Source: Armatimonadota bacterium
GTDB taxonomy: Bacteria; Armatimonadota; UBA5829; DTLH01
Assembly (NCBI GenBank): GCA_039679675.1
Contig: JBDKUN010000055.1
Location: 1-64,000 of the forward strand
Direction of reading: 5' to 3'
Length of the DNA stretch: 64,000 nt
The notes under the pieces were generated by a model. The model did not search any database. It had not been told where the DNA came from and saw nothing but the letters and a program-made list of their open reading frames with translations. Numbering within the stretch: the first letter of the stretch is position 1; every line of letters begins with the position of its first letter. This document shows positions 50,101 to 58,734 of the stretch, in pieces. A program made the position numbers and the translations under genes.

Positions 50101-50173
50101 GAATGAGGGTAATGTTATCCAGTTCGCATTCCAGCCGTTTGAAGTAATCACTCTCGCTGTAGAGGCAAAATAA
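47156..50173 (+). CDS. Alpha-mannosidase (GH38)
   Basis: HAHIDLAWLWP, WLPDVFGY, GDGGGGP, ELYLEKHQGT, QFHDILPGS. Confidence 0.95.
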   Translation: MLVMPYDIRSQQQAIRGMMRAVEAAVYKPLTGLTVEAWATKEPVSYADRQTGRHLSLKPGDKWGDLFDCAWFHFTGTVPEECAGQQVVLLIDVNGEACVVDSAGNPVQGLTNVNSVFDTSLGKPGKRVVLFAAPAKGGEKVSIWADAGCNDLLGEIHENGTLKEALIAIKYPTMSQLFYDIEVLNELLGQLPQDSARACSIRTALYDASHIMRDYTEDEAKEARAILAPELAKKGGDSSLTISAIGHAHIDLAWLWPIRETIRKGARTFSTTLSFMDRYPDYVFGASQPQLYQWMKDNYPSVYEQIKAKVAEGRWEVQGAMWVEADTNVPSGESLVRQLLYGKRFFRKEFGIDVKSLWLPDVFGYSGALPQLLKQADVDYFMTQKLSWNVVNRHPHHTFRWRGIDGSEVLAHMIPEETYNSPAAPRSLVKSEKNFSDKGTSDACLMLFGIGDGGGGPGEEHLERLAREKDLAGLPPLKQEFSADFFEKIAPKTSSYPVWSGELYLEKHQGTYTSQGRNKRWNRRMELALRDCEWLNTWAHQSVDAKYPAADLEKLWKETLLYQFHDILPGSSITRVYEESRARYKEMFKQTESLVKNAGESLLAKIDTSAMKQPAVVLNALSWERDGFVQVDKKWAYVHVPSFGYTAIDTAKLDTDYKPVTAASEKLENDKLCVKFNADGSISSVWDKELNREALAAGEVANKLAVYEDNGDGWDFPLDYDKKAPAYFKLESSKAAVDGPKATVEQVYKFNDSTFTQEISLVAGSRRIDFTTNVDWRETHKMLRTSFPVAVKSDYATCEVQFGNIKRPTHRNTSWDQAKVEVCAQKWVDISDRGYGVAVLNTGKYGYKTLGNTIDINLLRSATYPDPVTDKGQHEFTYSLFPHTGDHVEGCVVKEAYELNVPMRLSSVDSHPGTLPEMASFCSVDSPHIIVETIKKAEDSDAVIVRLYEAHGASGSAKVTMGFPVKSASKVNLLEESPEKVKNEGNVIQFAFQPFEVITLAVEAK

Positions 50174-50253
50174 GACGTAGAATCGATTGTATTTAAGCTG
50201 AAAAATGTCCGGGGTTTGCAACCTCGGACATTTTTATAGCTGTATTTATCTCC

Positions 50254-51291
50254 CTAACCGGAAAGTCCTGCGAAGAACAAGTCCCAGAACGGGTCTTTCC
50301 CCGGCTCGGCAAGGACGGTAGTTTTGCCGCCTCTTGTGATCGTGTTCGCAACGGCGGATTTATCAAAATATCCGAGCTTGAATGTCTCAATACCCTCGGC
50401 TGCAAGTGCTGATATGACGTTTTTCACTGCGTCGGGACTTACTGCTGCAAGCATAGTGCCTTCGCTTATTGCCGCCCACGGGTCGAATTTGAGCGCGTCG
50501 GCGAACTCAGCTATGTCTTCCGGCACTGAAACGCTGTCGATGTCCACATTTATGCTCAGTTTCGCCGCTGCAGCCATCTCCCACAGCCCTCCGAGCACGC
50601 CGCCCTCGGTAGCATCGTGCATCGCGTGGACTCCGCCTGCTGCAAACGCCGTAAGTGCATCCTTAACGACGGTAATCTGGTCTGTTCTCGCGCAGAGCTT
50701 GTCCAGAGTCTCTTGAGCAAGCCTGTCGTTCAAACGTTCCTTGTAGAGCACAGCGAGAAGTGCTGATGCCTCTATTGAAGGGCCTTTTGTCATAAGGACA
50801 ACATCGCCGTCTTTCGCACCACCTGGGGAAACCCACTTGCCGGACGGTGCAAAGCCCCAGACGGTCACTCCGCCGATTGTAGGGACAGATACGGAGCCAT
50901 ACCAGCCTGTGTGGCCGCCGATAATGGAGATCCCAAGCTCTTCAGCCGTGTCTGAGATCGACTTGATGATTGTTCTCGTGTCAAGTTCGGAGTAGCCGGG
51001 AGGGAGAAGCAGGGTGTACGTCATATACTCCGGCTTGATTCCGGTCACGGCGATGTCACTTGCCCCGATGTGGACCGTAAACTGCCCGAAAATCTCCAGT
51101 GGAAGCCCGACTGCGGGGAAAATGGGGTCCTCGGCAACTGCCATGACGCGGCTGTCACCGAGATTCAGAACGGCAGCATCGAGTCCTGGCCCCGGTCCGA
51201 CGATCAATTTGTCAGAATGAGCGCCAAGTGCTCCGCTCAACAGATTATCCGTTTTACTGGGAGAAAGCTTCCCTACATGCTGCTCACTCAT
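50254..51291 (-). CDS. AIR synthase-related (HypE/ThiL/PurM-like) protein
   Basis: GPGPGLDAAV, IIGGHT, AMHDATEGG; start coupled to the upstream stop (ATGAGTGA). Confidence 0.85.
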   Translation of the reverse strand: MSEQHVGKLSPSKTDNLLSGALGAHSDKLIVGPGPGLDAAVLNLGDSRVMAVAEDPIFPAVGLPLEIFGQFTVHIGASDIAVTGIKPEYMTYTLLLPPGYSELDTRTIIKSISDTAEELGISIIGGHTGWYGSVSVPTIGGVTVWGFAPSGKWVSPGGAKDGDVVLMTKGPSIEASALLAVLYKERLNDRLAQETLDKLCARTDQITVVKDALTAFAAGGVHAMHDATEGGVLGGLWEMAAAAKLSINVDIDSVSVPEDIAEFADALKFDPWAAISEGTMLAAVSPDAVKNVISALAAEGIETFKLGYFDKSAVANTITRGGKTTVLAEPGKDPFWDLFFAGLSG

Positions 51292-51592
51292 GAGAGAGTT
51301 CCTTCCCAAGTATATTCTCAACGTCTTTTACTTTGCCTTCCAGGCGCTTTGCCGCGCCTTTGCGGTCGTCGATGGTGATGCTCGTAAGCACTCTAGGAGC
51401 GATCTCCATCATTTTCTGGTGGCACTTCATAATAAGCCCCATAACCTGCTCAGGCTCGCCCTCTATGGTCGTCTGCATAGCCCCGAGCTTGTAGGGCAGT
51501 CCTGATTTATCAACAATCGCGAGGATTTCAGCTATCAGCTCTTTCAGCTCTTCGCCCTCTCCGATTGGGATGATTGTAAAACTTGCCAACAT
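51284..51592 (-). CDS. MTH1187/YkoF-family thiamine-binding protein
   Basis: MLASFTIIPIG..SGLPYKLGAMQTTIEG..RVLTSITIDDR; GAGGAGG RBS. Confidence 0.9.
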   Translation of the reverse strand: MLASFTIIPIGEGEELKELIAEILAIVDKSGLPYKLGAMQTTIEGEPEQVMGLIMKCHQKMMEIAPRVLTSITIDDRKGAAKRLEGKVKDVENILGKELSHE

Positions 51593-51784
51593 GTGAACCA
51601 ACCTCCTCTTGCATCTAAAGTGTAACACTATAGTGCTATTGAGCGTCAAGGGCGACTGCTGTTTGCGGACCCGAAACCTGGGGCAACATAATCTTGGAGA
51701 CTGTAATAGTGCTCATCGGGCAGGAATCACAACCGCCGATGAGTAACCTAATATATTAGTAACTTCAGTAGGGGATAATAACTC

Positions 51785-51991
51785 ATGAATACAGCAGTGA
51801 TTATCACGCTTATAATAGTCGCCGGCGTAGTACTTATATCCCTTGTTGGGATCGGCTGGCTGTGGTCGATGACTTCCCGTGGGCTTATGCCCGGTAGCAG
51901 CGCAGCCAGGCAGCAAAAGGAGCTTGAAAAGAAGGTAAACGATCTGCAAAAGGAGGTAGACGACCTGAAGAAGCGTCTTCCATCGGAGTAA
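51785..51991 (+). CDS. Small single-pass membrane protein with a coiled coil
   Basis: 68 aa, N-terminal TM segment, ends 2 nt before folP. Confidence 0.6.
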   Translation: MNTAVIITLIIVAGVVLISLVGIGWLWSMTSRGLMPGSSAARQQKELEKKVNDLQKEVDDLKKRLPSE

Positions 51992-51993
51992 AT

Positions 51994-53223
51994 ATGTATG
52001 GTGAAAATCACAGACCCAGAGTGCTGTGTTTAGGGAATGACCGCGATCTATTCGCGGAGATGGACCGTATGGGTGTTGCGGTTCAGGATAGAGAAAAAAT
52101 CCTGTCCAGCGCCCGGTACTATACCCTCAAGCTGTCAGACGTTAACAGAACTCAAGCCAGCCTGATTAAGGAGGCGTTTCTATCGTACGGAGGAAACGCC
52201 ATCGAAAAAGAGAGCACTCCAGACCGGATTGACATAATGCTGTCCGGCACACGTATGGCATTCAGCAAAGCTGCAAAGTGGATTGCATCTGAAGAGATGG
52301 GCAGTTCTGCGCTTGATGTCGAAATCGAAGCCGCGATAGTTTCATTCGAGGCCAAGCCGGTTTTGCCGAATGACAATGTCCTCCCGGACCTCAAATCCAG
52401 GCGCATGTTCTCGGAGCTTGCTAACCGCCCCCTTGTTATGGGGATATTGAACGTCACGCCAGACTCGTTTTCCGACGGCGGATTGTTCTTTGACCACAGC
52501 GCTGCCGTAGAACATGCACTTTCGATGGTAGAAGACGGCGCGGACATCATCGACATCGGAGGGGAGTCGACAAGGCCCGGAAGCGAGCCTGTTTCAGTCG
52601 AAGATGAGATAGCGCGCATAGTTCCGGTCGTCCGTGAGCTCTCGAAACAGATCGAGAAACCCATATCGGTGGACACATACAGAGCCGCTACCGCTGAAGC
52701 CGCACTGGAGGCAGGTGCTAACATAATAAATGATATCAGTGGGATGGTGTTCGACCCCGATATGAAGTCCGTCGTCGCCAGATATAAATGTCCTGTCATC
52801 GTGATGCATACCAAAGACACGCCTAAGGAAATGCAGAAGTCTCCTTTCTATGAAGACTTGATGAGTGAGGTTACGGAATATCTTCGGCAGTGCATTTTCG
52901 ATGCAGTGGACGCAGGTATAGATGAGCGTGTGATGATTATCGACCCTGGGGTAGGGTTCGGGAAGACTGTGAACCACAATTTGGAGATCATTCGGCGGCT
53001 TGCAGAGCTTAAGAGCCTTGGAAGGCCGATCCTTATGGGAACTTCGAGGAAAACTACCATCGGTAAGGTTCTGGGCGGCCTTCCGCCGGAGGAGAGGCTG
53101 GAAGGGACTGCCGCAACCGTTGCGCTTTCCATCGCAAACGGTGCAAATATCGTAAGAGTACACGATGTTAAGGAGATGGCCCGCGTTGCGAAGATGACGG
53201 ACGCTGTCCTGCGCGGGGTTTAG
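51994..53223 (+). CDS. folP: Dihydropteroate synthase with N-terminal extension
   Basis: MGILNVTPDSFSDGG, DIGGESTRPG, DPGVGFGK, GTSRK, VRVHDV. Confidence 0.96.
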   Translation: MYGENHRPRVLCLGNDRDLFAEMDRMGVAVQDREKILSSARYYTLKLSDVNRTQASLIKEAFLSYGGNAIEKESTPDRIDIMLSGTRMAFSKAAKWIASEEMGSSALDVEIEAAIVSFEAKPVLPNDNVLPDLKSRRMFSELANRPLVMGILNVTPDSFSDGGLFFDHSAAVEHALSMVEDGADIIDIGGESTRPGSEPVSVEDEIARIVPVVRELSKQIEKPISVDTYRAATAEAALEAGANIINDISGMVFDPDMKSVVARYKCPVIVMHTKDTPKEMQKSPFYEDLMSEVTEYLRQCIFDAVDAGIDERVMIIDPGVGFGKTVNHNLEIIRRLAELKSLGRPILMGTSRKTTIGKVLGGLPPEERLEGTAATVALSIANGANIVRVHDVKEMARVAKMTDAVLRGV

Positions 53224-53244
53224 GTGTTTTTTCTCACGAAAGGG

Positions 53245-53416
53245 AGACTCGACACCTCCGGTGTCGGCTTCGGTGAGGTTTAGTTGTTATTTCGGGACGC
53301 CCTCGTCCCGAAATCTACCCTTCGTAGTTAAGTCGGTATCGGGACAGGGTGTCCCGATACAACAGAGATAGCGAATGTCGATAGAAAAGCGGAAGCTGCC
53401 GCTTCCGCACTCCAAA
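53245..53416. repeat. Cluster of REP-like palindromes
   Basis: cgacacc/ggtgtcg; atttcgggacg/cgtcccgaaat; gtatcgggaca/tgtcccgatac; GGAGTGCGG-type copy at 53379-53416. Confidence 0.7.
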
Positions 53417-53495
53417 TTTTTGTTTCCTCACTCGATACACAGGCACAACATGCATTATAATAATAGCCGACTATTAAATTCGTGACAGGTATATT

Positions 53496-54245
53496 ATGGA
53501 CTCAGATAAAAAGCAATTCATAGACATAACGGAACACTACGATGACCTTATGGCCAATGTGCCGTATCGGTTGTGGGTGGACTATATCGAGAATATACTC
53601 AAAAAGCTGAATTATCATCCACGTACGGTGCTCGACGTTGCCTGCGGAACGGGGACAGTTGACGAGCTTCTGGTAGAGCACGGCTATGAGGTCACCGGTG
53701 CGGACATTGCTCCCGGCATGATCGAGGTCGCAAGAAGAAAGACCGTAGCATCAGAGACGAATATCGAGTATCACGTAAGCGACGCGGCGGAACTCTCACT
53801 TGGGCGCAAGTTTGACCTCGCAATAAGCCTTTTCGACAGCCTGAACTACATAACGGATGAGTCCAGGCTGGCTCAGGCGATGAAGCGGGTAGGGGAGCAC
53901 GTAGTCCCCGGCGGCTACTTCATCTTCGATGTCAATACGGAATACGCGCTCGCTCATGGCTTCTTCAACCAGACAAATTTGGGGTCTTATCCAAGATACG
54001 TTTGGAATAGCAGCTATGACCGCGCGACAAGAATATGTTCTGTAACTATGGTGTTTGAGGTGCTGGAAGACGGCAAGCCGCGCCAGTTTACGGAGGTGCA
54101 TAAGCAGAAGGCATACAAGCTGGATGAACTCGATGCCATGCTCATAGCGGCGGGTTTTGAAACGATTGCCCGCTACCATGCGTATAAATTCAAGCAGCCG
54201 ACACGCAGGTCGGACAGAGTATTCTTTGTCGCGAGGAAGAAATGA
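53496..54245 (+). CDS. Class I SAM-dependent methyltransferase
   Basis: VLDVACGTG, FDSLNY, PGGYFIFDVNT. Confidence 0.9.
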   Translation: MDSDKKQFIDITEHYDDLMANVPYRLWVDYIENILKKLNYHPRTVLDVACGTGTVDELLVEHGYEVTGADIAPGMIEVARRKTVASETNIEYHVSDAAELSLGRKFDLAISLFDSLNYITDESRLAQAMKRVGEHVVPGGYFIFDVNTEYALAHGFFNQTNLGSYPRYVWNSSYDRATRICSVTMVFEVLEDGKPRQFTEVHKQKAYKLDELDAMLIAAGFETIARYHAYKFKQPTRRSDRVFFVARKK

Positions 54246-56329
54246 AAAAAGTTGCTTTTGCCGGTTTCCTTGTTGTCGCAGTTGCAGCAGTTGCTTTTAT
54301 GTTCATCCACCAGCGCTCACCTGAGCCGCTAAGCATCAAGAAGAACGACCCATGGATACTGCAGTCGAACGATCCGAATAACACGGTTGGAATATATCTG
54401 GGAAACGGCACTGTCGGCACTCGCATTGGGCCGGAAGGTGTTGGAAGGCTCGATGGCAAGCCGACTGAATGCCTTATGGCCGGGCTATATGAGAAAGAAG
54501 CATACCTGCCGCTTCCGAACTGGAGTGATTTCGGACTGTACGACTCCGATGGAAAGCGCTTCGAGCTCGATAAAGAGGCTCCTTACCGCCAGACGCTCAA
54601 TATGCGTGAAGGCTATGTGGAGACCGAGCTTACGCTAAAGTCCGGACGCCGCAGTCTTACAGGAAAGGTGACTGTTTTTGTTGATAGGGCGAAGGGCTTC
54701 TATGAGTATACAGCCGTACGCTACGCGCTTACTCCAAGTTTCGACGGCAGCGTGAAGCTCAAGGAATCACTTGATGCAGGCAATGGTTGGAAGGCCAAGC
54801 CCAGCAAAAAAGCCGGAAACGGCGCGCAGATATTCGAAGGCATGAGTTCTACATGTAATTTTGTATCTATCGGAACAAGAGTCTTGGACGCATCGAACAA
54901 GCCGGTAACTGACAGCACTTCAGTAAAGCATGGGGAGAGCCTTGCACTGACAAAGTTAATCGCAATCTATAACCATCCCGGCTATTTGTCGTGTACGCCT
55001 GTAAGCGCCGAAGAATTATTGGCTGATATAGAGAATGTCCGCTACGATCAGCTTTTTGATTCGAGCAAAAAAGCCTGGCGGAACATCTGGAAGTCAGATA
55101 TCGTGATCGGGGGCGACCCGGAGGCACAGCAGGCAGTGCATGCATCCATGTTTTACCTCCTGTCGAGTCTCAACGACAAGCTCTGGGGTGCCAGCATACA
55201 GCCGCTCGGACTGTCGTCCAATGCCTACTGGGGCGGCCACATATTCTGGGACGCCGATGTCTGGATGTATCCCTCGCTCTTGCTTCAGCATCCTGAACTG
55301 GCCGGGTCTATTGTTAGTTACAGATTCGTTACCCGACAAGCCGCTTTGGAAAACGCCAAAAAGGACGGATTAGCAGGAGCGGAGTATGCCTGGGAAAGCG
55401 CCGAAAGCGGACTGGAGACTGCTCCAAAGCCATTCTCCGAGGAGAGGCACATAACGAGCGACGTCGCGCTTGCTCAGTGGCAGTATTATGTAGCGACTCA
55501 GGATAAAAGATGGCTTGAAGTACGCGGCTGGCCGGTAATTTCGGCCTGCGCGGACTATTGGGTATCCAGAGCCAAATATAATCCGTCAAAGGGCAAGTAT
55601 GAAATTCTGAAAGTCGTTCCCCCTGATGAGAACGCCAATATCGTAGATAACTGCGCTTATACCAACGCATCGGCGGCGGCTGTCCTGCAGATCGCGGCCA
55701 AAGCTACAGTCATAATCGGCAAATCTCCCAACCCCAAGTGGGCGGAGATAGCCGGAAAGATGTACATTCCGTTCGATGTGGCCAATAAGCGCTATATCGA
55801 GCACGACGGATACAAGGGAGCCGCGACGAAACAGGCGGATGTCGAGTTGATGATCTACCCCTGGATGATCGACATGCCGGACGATGTGCGGACTGCTTCT
55901 TTTGATTATTATAAAGGAAAGCTGTACAAGAATGGCCCTGCTATGAGTTCTTCCGTTCATGCAGTCATCTCCGCGCAGCTCGGAAGAAGAGCCGATGCGT
56001 ACAAGGACTTCACCGAGAGCTATAAGCCGTTCCTGCGCGGCCCGTTTTTGATGTTCAATGAGAAACGGTCACCTACGTGGGAGAATACCTGCTTCATAAC
56101 CGGCTGCGGCGGGATGCTGCAGAGCGTGATATACGGTTTCGGCGGGCTTAGGATCGGCAAAAACCCCGGAGGGTTCAAGGAAGCGCTTCCAGACCTGTAC
56201 ATCAAGCCCTGCCTGCCCGAACATTGGAAGAGCCTTGAGATTAAAAATATCGTGTGGCGCGGAAAGAGCTACAATCTGAAGGTTTTACCGGGAGATAAGT
56301 GGAGCATGACGGCAAATACTCCTGAGTGA
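54242..56329 (+). CDS. Glycoside hydrolase family 65 protein with N-terminal anchor
   Basis: GHIFWDADVW, YAWES, PPDE (catalytic Glu), KQADV. Confidence 0.9.
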   Translation: MKKVAFAGFLVVAVAAVAFMFIHQRSPEPLSIKKNDPWILQSNDPNNTVGIYLGNGTVGTRIGPEGVGRLDGKPTECLMAGLYEKEAYLPLPNWSDFGLYDSDGKRFELDKEAPYRQTLNMREGYVETELTLKSGRRSLTGKVTVFVDRAKGFYEYTAVRYALTPSFDGSVKLKESLDAGNGWKAKPSKKAGNGAQIFEGMSSTCNFVSIGTRVLDASNKPVTDSTSVKHGESLALTKLIAIYNHPGYLSCTPVSAEELLADIENVRYDQLFDSSKKAWRNIWKSDIVIGGDPEAQQAVHASMFYLLSSLNDKLWGASIQPLGLSSNAYWGGHIFWDADVWMYPSLLLQHPELAGSIVSYRFVTRQAALENAKKDGLAGAEYAWESAESGLETAPKPFSEERHITSDVALAQWQYYVATQDKRWLEVRGWPVISACADYWVSRAKYNPSKGKYEILKVVPPDENANIVDNCAYTNASAAAVLQIAAKATVIIGKSPNPKWAEIAGKMYIPFDVANKRYIEHDGYKGAATKQADVELMIYPWMIDMPDDVRTASFDYYKGKLYKNGPAMSSSVHAVISAQLGRRADAYKDFTESYKPFLRGPFLMFNEKRSPTWENTCFITGCGGMLQSVIYGFGGLRIGKNPGGFKEALPDLYIKPCLPEHWKSLEIKNIVWRGKSYNLKVLPGDKWSMTANTPE

Positions 56330-56490
56330 GCCAAGAGAAGTGGGCTCACTGACCCAGTCTCACTCAGCTCACTCAAGAGACATACCGGCAATACCCATCA
56401 GGGATGCATCAGGAAACATAAAGGCCCACCGTTTAGTCGATGGGCCTTTTGACTATCGTCTTAATCATATTTCTACCACAGGTATGGCGC

Positions 56491-57186
56491 TCAGTAGGGA
56501 TAATAGTACGGTCTGCCAAACCTGTAGGCCGGGAATCCCGGAACGCTGTGAGCCGCGCTTATCGAATCGTAGAACCTCTGTCGGCTTGGCGATACATATC
56601 CCGGAGGTACAAATCTGCTGGGGGCTCCGTTGTAGTAGCTATACGGGCTCAGATCGTATATACCACCGTAGGAATAGGGATAGTCCAGCACTCCTATACC
56701 GCCAATGTCCAGTATTGATGGTATAGGTGGAATCTGTTCATTAATTAATGTTTGTTCATTAATGATTGTTCCGGAGAAGCCACCACTGGCTGCTGGTGGT
56801 GCAGCCGTTTGTCTTTCCGGTTGGTATTGGTCTTCAGGCATCGGTTTTGTTGCTACCGGTGTTTTTGCCTTAGGCTTGAAAATATACCGCCCAGGGGCTT
56901 TTGTGTAGTCAAGACTCGATGCATCCGCTACGGCTTTGACAGCTTGTTCAAGAGGGATATTGTTGAACCCGACGGATATTCTGCCGGAAACTCCGGGCTC
57001 TATGGTATATTTGTAGCCGGTGCCTTGGAACATGTAGTCGATCACATCTATTATTGGCATATCGGCAAGCTGCAGTGTTACCTTTTTCTCGACCGGAGGT
57101 TGTGAGCCATTTGGAATAGCTATACCCGTCGCCAGGACTATCACTGCAGCGATAAATATTACCCTCATTCTGCGCAGATCAGCCAT
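56491..57186 (-). CDS. Secreted protein with an STN (secretin/TonB N-terminal)-like domain and a Tyr/Pro/Gly-rich tail
   Basis: VTLQLADMPIIDVIDYMF..YTIEPGVSGRISVGFNNIPLEQAVKAV; GGAGG RBS before ATG 57186. Confidence 0.7.
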   Translation of the reverse strand: MADLRRMRVIFIAAVIVLATGIAIPNGSQPPVEKKVTLQLADMPIIDVIDYMFQGTGYKYTIEPGVSGRISVGFNNIPLEQAVKAVADASSLDYTKAPGRYIFKPKAKTPVATKPMPEDQYQPERQTAAPPAASGGFSGTIINEQTLINEQIPPIPSILDIGGIGVLDYPYSYGGIYDLSPYSYYNGAPSRFVPPGYVSPSRQRFYDSISAAHSVPGFPAYRFGRPYYYPY

Positions 57187-57307
57187 TTTAAACCCTCCCA
57201 TGATGACTCTACCGAGTAAATTATACCCTGCCGGAATTATCCTTAACACGGCTGAGGAAGCAGAGTGATACTCTACAAGAGACGCGGAAGGTGGAGACTT
57301 ACACAGG

Positions 57308-58456
57308 CTACTTCATTTTTCCAAGAACAAGATACTCTATGGTGTCATCGCCTTTGTAGACTCTGTTGTTGCTGTCCAGGTCTGCGCGGAACCGCCTGTA
57401 GGGGATTTCCATAAAGCTCGTCCGGCTGCAGAATTCATCGAACAGCTTCTCAAGCTCGTTTTTTGAAAGCAGCCCTTCATTATTGTAAGAAAAGAGCACA
57501 TATTCGGCGTTCATGGCAGAAAATAGCCGCCTGAAGGCCTCTTCAGCCCTTGTTTTCAGGCAGAATTCCGATTTTCTCTCTCCCCCCTTGCGGAGTCCGG
57601 TTATCCCGCGCGGCTCGAATGCGGCAAGGTCCCATCTGGCTATTGTTTCAAGGATGTGGTAATTCGCGTTATATTGGCGGCTGTTATATGGAGGATCGAT
57701 GTAAACGAGCTCGATCCTGGTCTGATTGAGCTCGGAAAGCAGAGATTCGCTGTCCTGGCAGAACGCGCGGTGCTGCTCGGCGGCGTGCGCAGACGGCACA
57801 GGATCTAGCAGATAAAGCTGCATCGGTTTACGTGCGGAGAGTTTCACGTGTTTTAGATAGGCTCCATATACCGACGCAGTATTGGCCGCGCGGTCAGCAC
57901 CTTCGATGAGGGAAGCGACTAGCCACCCCTTTTCTTCAGGTGTGATCAACTGCTCTTTGTGCCACAGCTCTATTCGGTCTCGGATGGCTTGTATCCTTAG
58001 CCCGTTCCCTTTTGAGAAATACATCCTCCCGCTTTCGCCACCTTCACAGTAGGCATTATAAAAACTGCCGGGTTCCCCCTGCAGTTGGCTTAGGTAAGAC
58101 AGCACACGAACAGCAGGAGTGTTGTGATCAATCTTCCTGCGTTTTCCAAGGGCTGAAACGGGCAGGTCCGGCAGGAGAGGGGGTCTGTCTATCTCTTTCT
58201 CCCAACAATTGTTTGAGAAAAGGGTCTCAAACGCCGGGAGTTCATTGTGCTCGATGAACGCGACACAGGTTAAATAGGAGTAATACTGCCAGTCATTTGC
58301 GTAAGCTATGTGCCCGCGGCCTTTGAGAAAGCGCGCGACAATCCCCGTACCGGCGAAAAGGTCCAGCGCTATGCTGTTTGCCGGAATATCGTTGTTATCG
58401 AGTATTCGTTTGATTTCCGGCAGCAGGCTGAATTTCGACCCTATATAATTCATCAA
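57308..58456 (-). CDS. DNA adenine methyltransferase (D12 class, M.FokI-like)
   Basis: NYIGSK, DLFAGTG, YIDPPYN..QY..NYHILE, LFSYNNEG. Confidence 0.9.
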   Translation of the reverse strand: MMNYIGSKFSLLPEIKRILDNNDIPANSIALDLFAGTGIVARFLKGRGHIAYANDWQYYSYLTCVAFIEHNELPAFETLFSNNCWEKEIDRPPLLPDLPVSALGKRRKIDHNTPAVRVLSYLSQLQGEPGSFYNAYCEGGESGRMYFSKGNGLRIQAIRDRIELWHKEQLITPEEKGWLVASLIEGADRAANTASVYGAYLKHVKLSARKPMQLYLLDPVPSAHAAEQHRAFCQDSESLLSELNQTRIELVYIDPPYNSRQYNANYHILETIARWDLAAFEPRGITGLRKGGERKSEFCLKTRAEEAFRRLFSAMNAEYVLFSYNNEGLLSKNELEKLFDEFCSRTSFMEIPYRRFRADLDSNNRVYKGDDTIEYLVLGKMK

Positions 58457-58618
58457 ATCCCCACGATGGATGCCATAAAAAGCAGTTTGGCCCGCTCGTT
58501 TTCACAAGCAGGCGTTATGACAACGGAGTTGATGATATTATAACCGTTTACAAGGTAAAGTTTAAGCTGCTGTTGGTTGAATTAGCCGCAATATTTTTTG
58601 CAAATTCGAGTGCATATT

Positions 58619-58696
58619 TACCATGCAGACATAAAGATAATATGATATACTGCAATAGTTTGAACTACATTTCTTTCGCTGTAACACCTTTCAACA
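58619..58696 (+). promoter_or_regulatory. Conserved upstream/promoter block of paralog C
   Basis: Near-identical to 29964-30041. Confidence 0.7.
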
Positions 58697-58734
58697 TTGG
58701 ACGTCCATATCTATACAAAGGAGCGAGCATATTG

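Noticed and set aside
49169..50221. 350-aa antisense ORF, and other long antisense ORFs such as 6590-7291, 19157-19912 and 52152-52820
   Set aside because: They lie opposite or across well-supported genes (GH38, ANTAR regulator/membrane protein, lysA, folP) and have no recognisable motifs.
51593..51784. TPP riboswitch or NikR site upstream of the thiamine-binding protein (TAACAC-N4-GTGCTA; hairpin ~51712-51744)
   Set aside because: No CUGAGA/TPP core, and the half-sites have the wrong orientation and spacing for NikR.
58573..58734. 54-aa N-terminal extension of paralog C in the ORF track
   Set aside because: It spans the promoter block shared with B. The signal peptide and RBS indicate a start at 58735 (or TTG 58732).
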